Origin: Torpedo marmorata
Taxonomy: Eukaryota
Length of the DNA: 64,000 nucleotides
NCBI GenBank assembly: GCA_977017645.1
Contig: OZ360242.1
Location: 30,256,001 to 30,320,000 of the forward strand
Direction of reading: 5' to 3'
The position numbers and the translations under genes are program-made. Shown here piece by piece: positions 62,054 through 64,000 of the stretch. Numbering within the stretch: position 1 is the stretch's first letter; each line of letters begins with the position of its first letter. The notes below the pieces were generated by a model that was not told the DNA's origin, made no database searches, and was given only the letters and a program-made list of their open reading frames with translations.

Positions 62054-64000
62054 GTAAGTAAATGTACAGCAATGGATAGCCTTTGAATATTGTTGATTCT
62101 TGTGAGGTGCAAAAGGGAGAAACCTTTTAGGGGGCTGTTCCTGCAGCTGGCCAATATGGCTATTATTCACCCCATGTAGGACTGTATCCCCAGATGCCAT
62201 GTCTGATTGGCACCTGAATAACCCTGGAGAAGGAGCAATCAGCATCTGCCACTGAGCTGGAGTCCTTCCAAGATGGATGTGTACCACAGGGATGGAACAG
62301 CTCAGTCAACAAATGTAATAATGTTATCATTTTACTTTATAAGTTCCTTTTATCTATTGTGTCCTTATGAAAAAGGACACCTGTTTAATTTGCGTTAATA
62401 ATTATATTTAGAAAAGACATGGATGATAACATTGTCTCTCTCCCCTTATAATTTCTCGCACAAATTTATCTCTGCTTTTTTAGAAGGTTGTGAATATGTG
62501 TTAAAATAAAGGAATTTGTACAGAAAAAGTAAGCAGTGTAATAAATGGAAATGAATGGCCTATTCATAGGCACAGTAGGAACTTTTAAAATAATGGATAT
62601 CGTCTAGTTCAAGATCGGCGCATGAAGCAAACATTAAATCATGGAATTTCAAACACTGAGAGAGGAAATATCAACACGGACATCAAGGTTAAACTAACAT
62701 GGTCCATATGTGCAGAAAGCTTTTAGTTTTATTGTTGCAGAGAGTAAAGACAATCAAAAATAGAATATTGAAACAAACAGAATATTTGCCCTGAATATTG
62801 CTGAACTGATACATTGATTTTCCTTTTGTAATGATTTAAGCAACCAGACAGGTTATGTGTCTATAAATAGGAATAACACTCAATGCCCCAAAATGCAATG
62901 TAAAATCTTGGATACCATGGTGAAATTGGATCATAACCAAGAGATAGAAAATAAATATTTTCTTTAAAATTATTTGAAGCTTGTGCAATAAAATTGCAGT
63001 GGTGTTATGCTAATTATAAAATTCAAAGTGCTCAGAGCTGAAGCATTTTAAGATGATTTCTTGTTGATATGTAGAATAGTTTGTTTTCAGTGTTTACCCT
63101 TGATTCACTAGCTGGCTGGAATGTAGCTTCCAATTTAAGCTGATATATAGTAGCCTCCTTTCCTTTTATTTACACACAGGAGGCAAAGAATAAAGCAATA
63201 CTTTGTCATTCAACCCAGCACTTCTTTGTGCAGCTCACATGACCTAGTCCTGTCTATCATCAACAATATGATGCGTTTTTAATGTAAAAATTGATTGGTG
63301 GCACAGTGGGAGAGAATAAAGAAGAACACTTCCCTCGCTTTTGCATGTAGTTGCATTGAAATTTTTTTGGCTAGACATCATGTGGTCTGCAGTGGAAATC
63401 TTTGTCTGTGAAGTAGTTTCTCTGGCTGTTGCCAAGGCCCAACAGTTCACAGTCGGCAGTGGCATCACAGGGAGCTGTTTGTAAAGCATTTCAATGACTA
63501 GGATACAGGCAGCTAACATTAAGTGTAATTTACTGAGCAGAACTAAAAACTGCAAACAAGAACGGAATTCTAACCGGTTTTCCAGTCTGTTGCCAGGCAA
63601 CATAGGGCAAGCCTTGGGAGAATAAGTATTAATTTTGTTTTATCTTGCACATGGAACGGCCAGTAATAACATTAGTCTGCCAGTGATAAGAGAAACTCTG
63701 AACCTACTGAGCTTTACAGAAAGGTAAAAGCAAAGTTTAGATGACGTCTGATGTATTGTAAGAATCAAATGCTGATATTTAGGGCAGGGTTGCCCAGACA
63801 CAGCCTTTAAAGCCTTTACACTGGAGCATAACCGGCGTGGGGCCTGTACACACTCTTTCAATTTTCTTCAAGACGTCTTCTATTCATGGATGTCAACAGC
63901 AACTCTCTGTATAAAGCAAAATTATCTCATTCCATAACCATCTGTAGGAGTAAATGGAAGGGGGAAATTAAAAGTAATTATTTTAATATGTTATGCATAG

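Noticed and set aside
60205-62061. 618-aa ORF as a stand-alone single-exon gene
   Set aside because: The start is a GTG within the polypyrimidine tract and the stop lies just past a GTAAGT donor; it is an internal exon.

Overview
Eukaryotic (vertebrate) genomic DNA, most likely a cartilaginous fish, probably a ray or skate. This is inferred from the V-SINE/HE1-type SINEs, DeuSINE remnants, shark-type CR1 and Penelope repeats, and an elasmobranch-like 5S sequence. The whole window appears to lie inside one + strand gene, TNRC18. Three internal coding exons are readable (30205-30381, 54015-54140, 60230-62053); all are phase 1-1 and splice into one frame. The first is missed by the ORF track, and the start-codon exon and the BAH-domain exons lie outside the window. 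The rest is intron filled with transposon debris: L1, Tx1, Rex/Babar, CR1, RTE and Penelope fragments, tRNA- and 5S-derived SINEs, two solo LTRs, and hAT, Tc2/pogo, Tigger and piggyBac MITEs, many with readable target-site duplications (TSDs). I see no new protein-coding system; almost all ORFs in the track are TE fragments or noise. The most interesting signals are hammerhead-ribozyme-like motifs in fold-back Penelope ends, a 5S-derived SINE with a Rex-like tail, and DNA-transposon excision footprints supported by internal comparisons. Family names come from recalled motifs, not database searches, and boundaries of old repeats are approximate.
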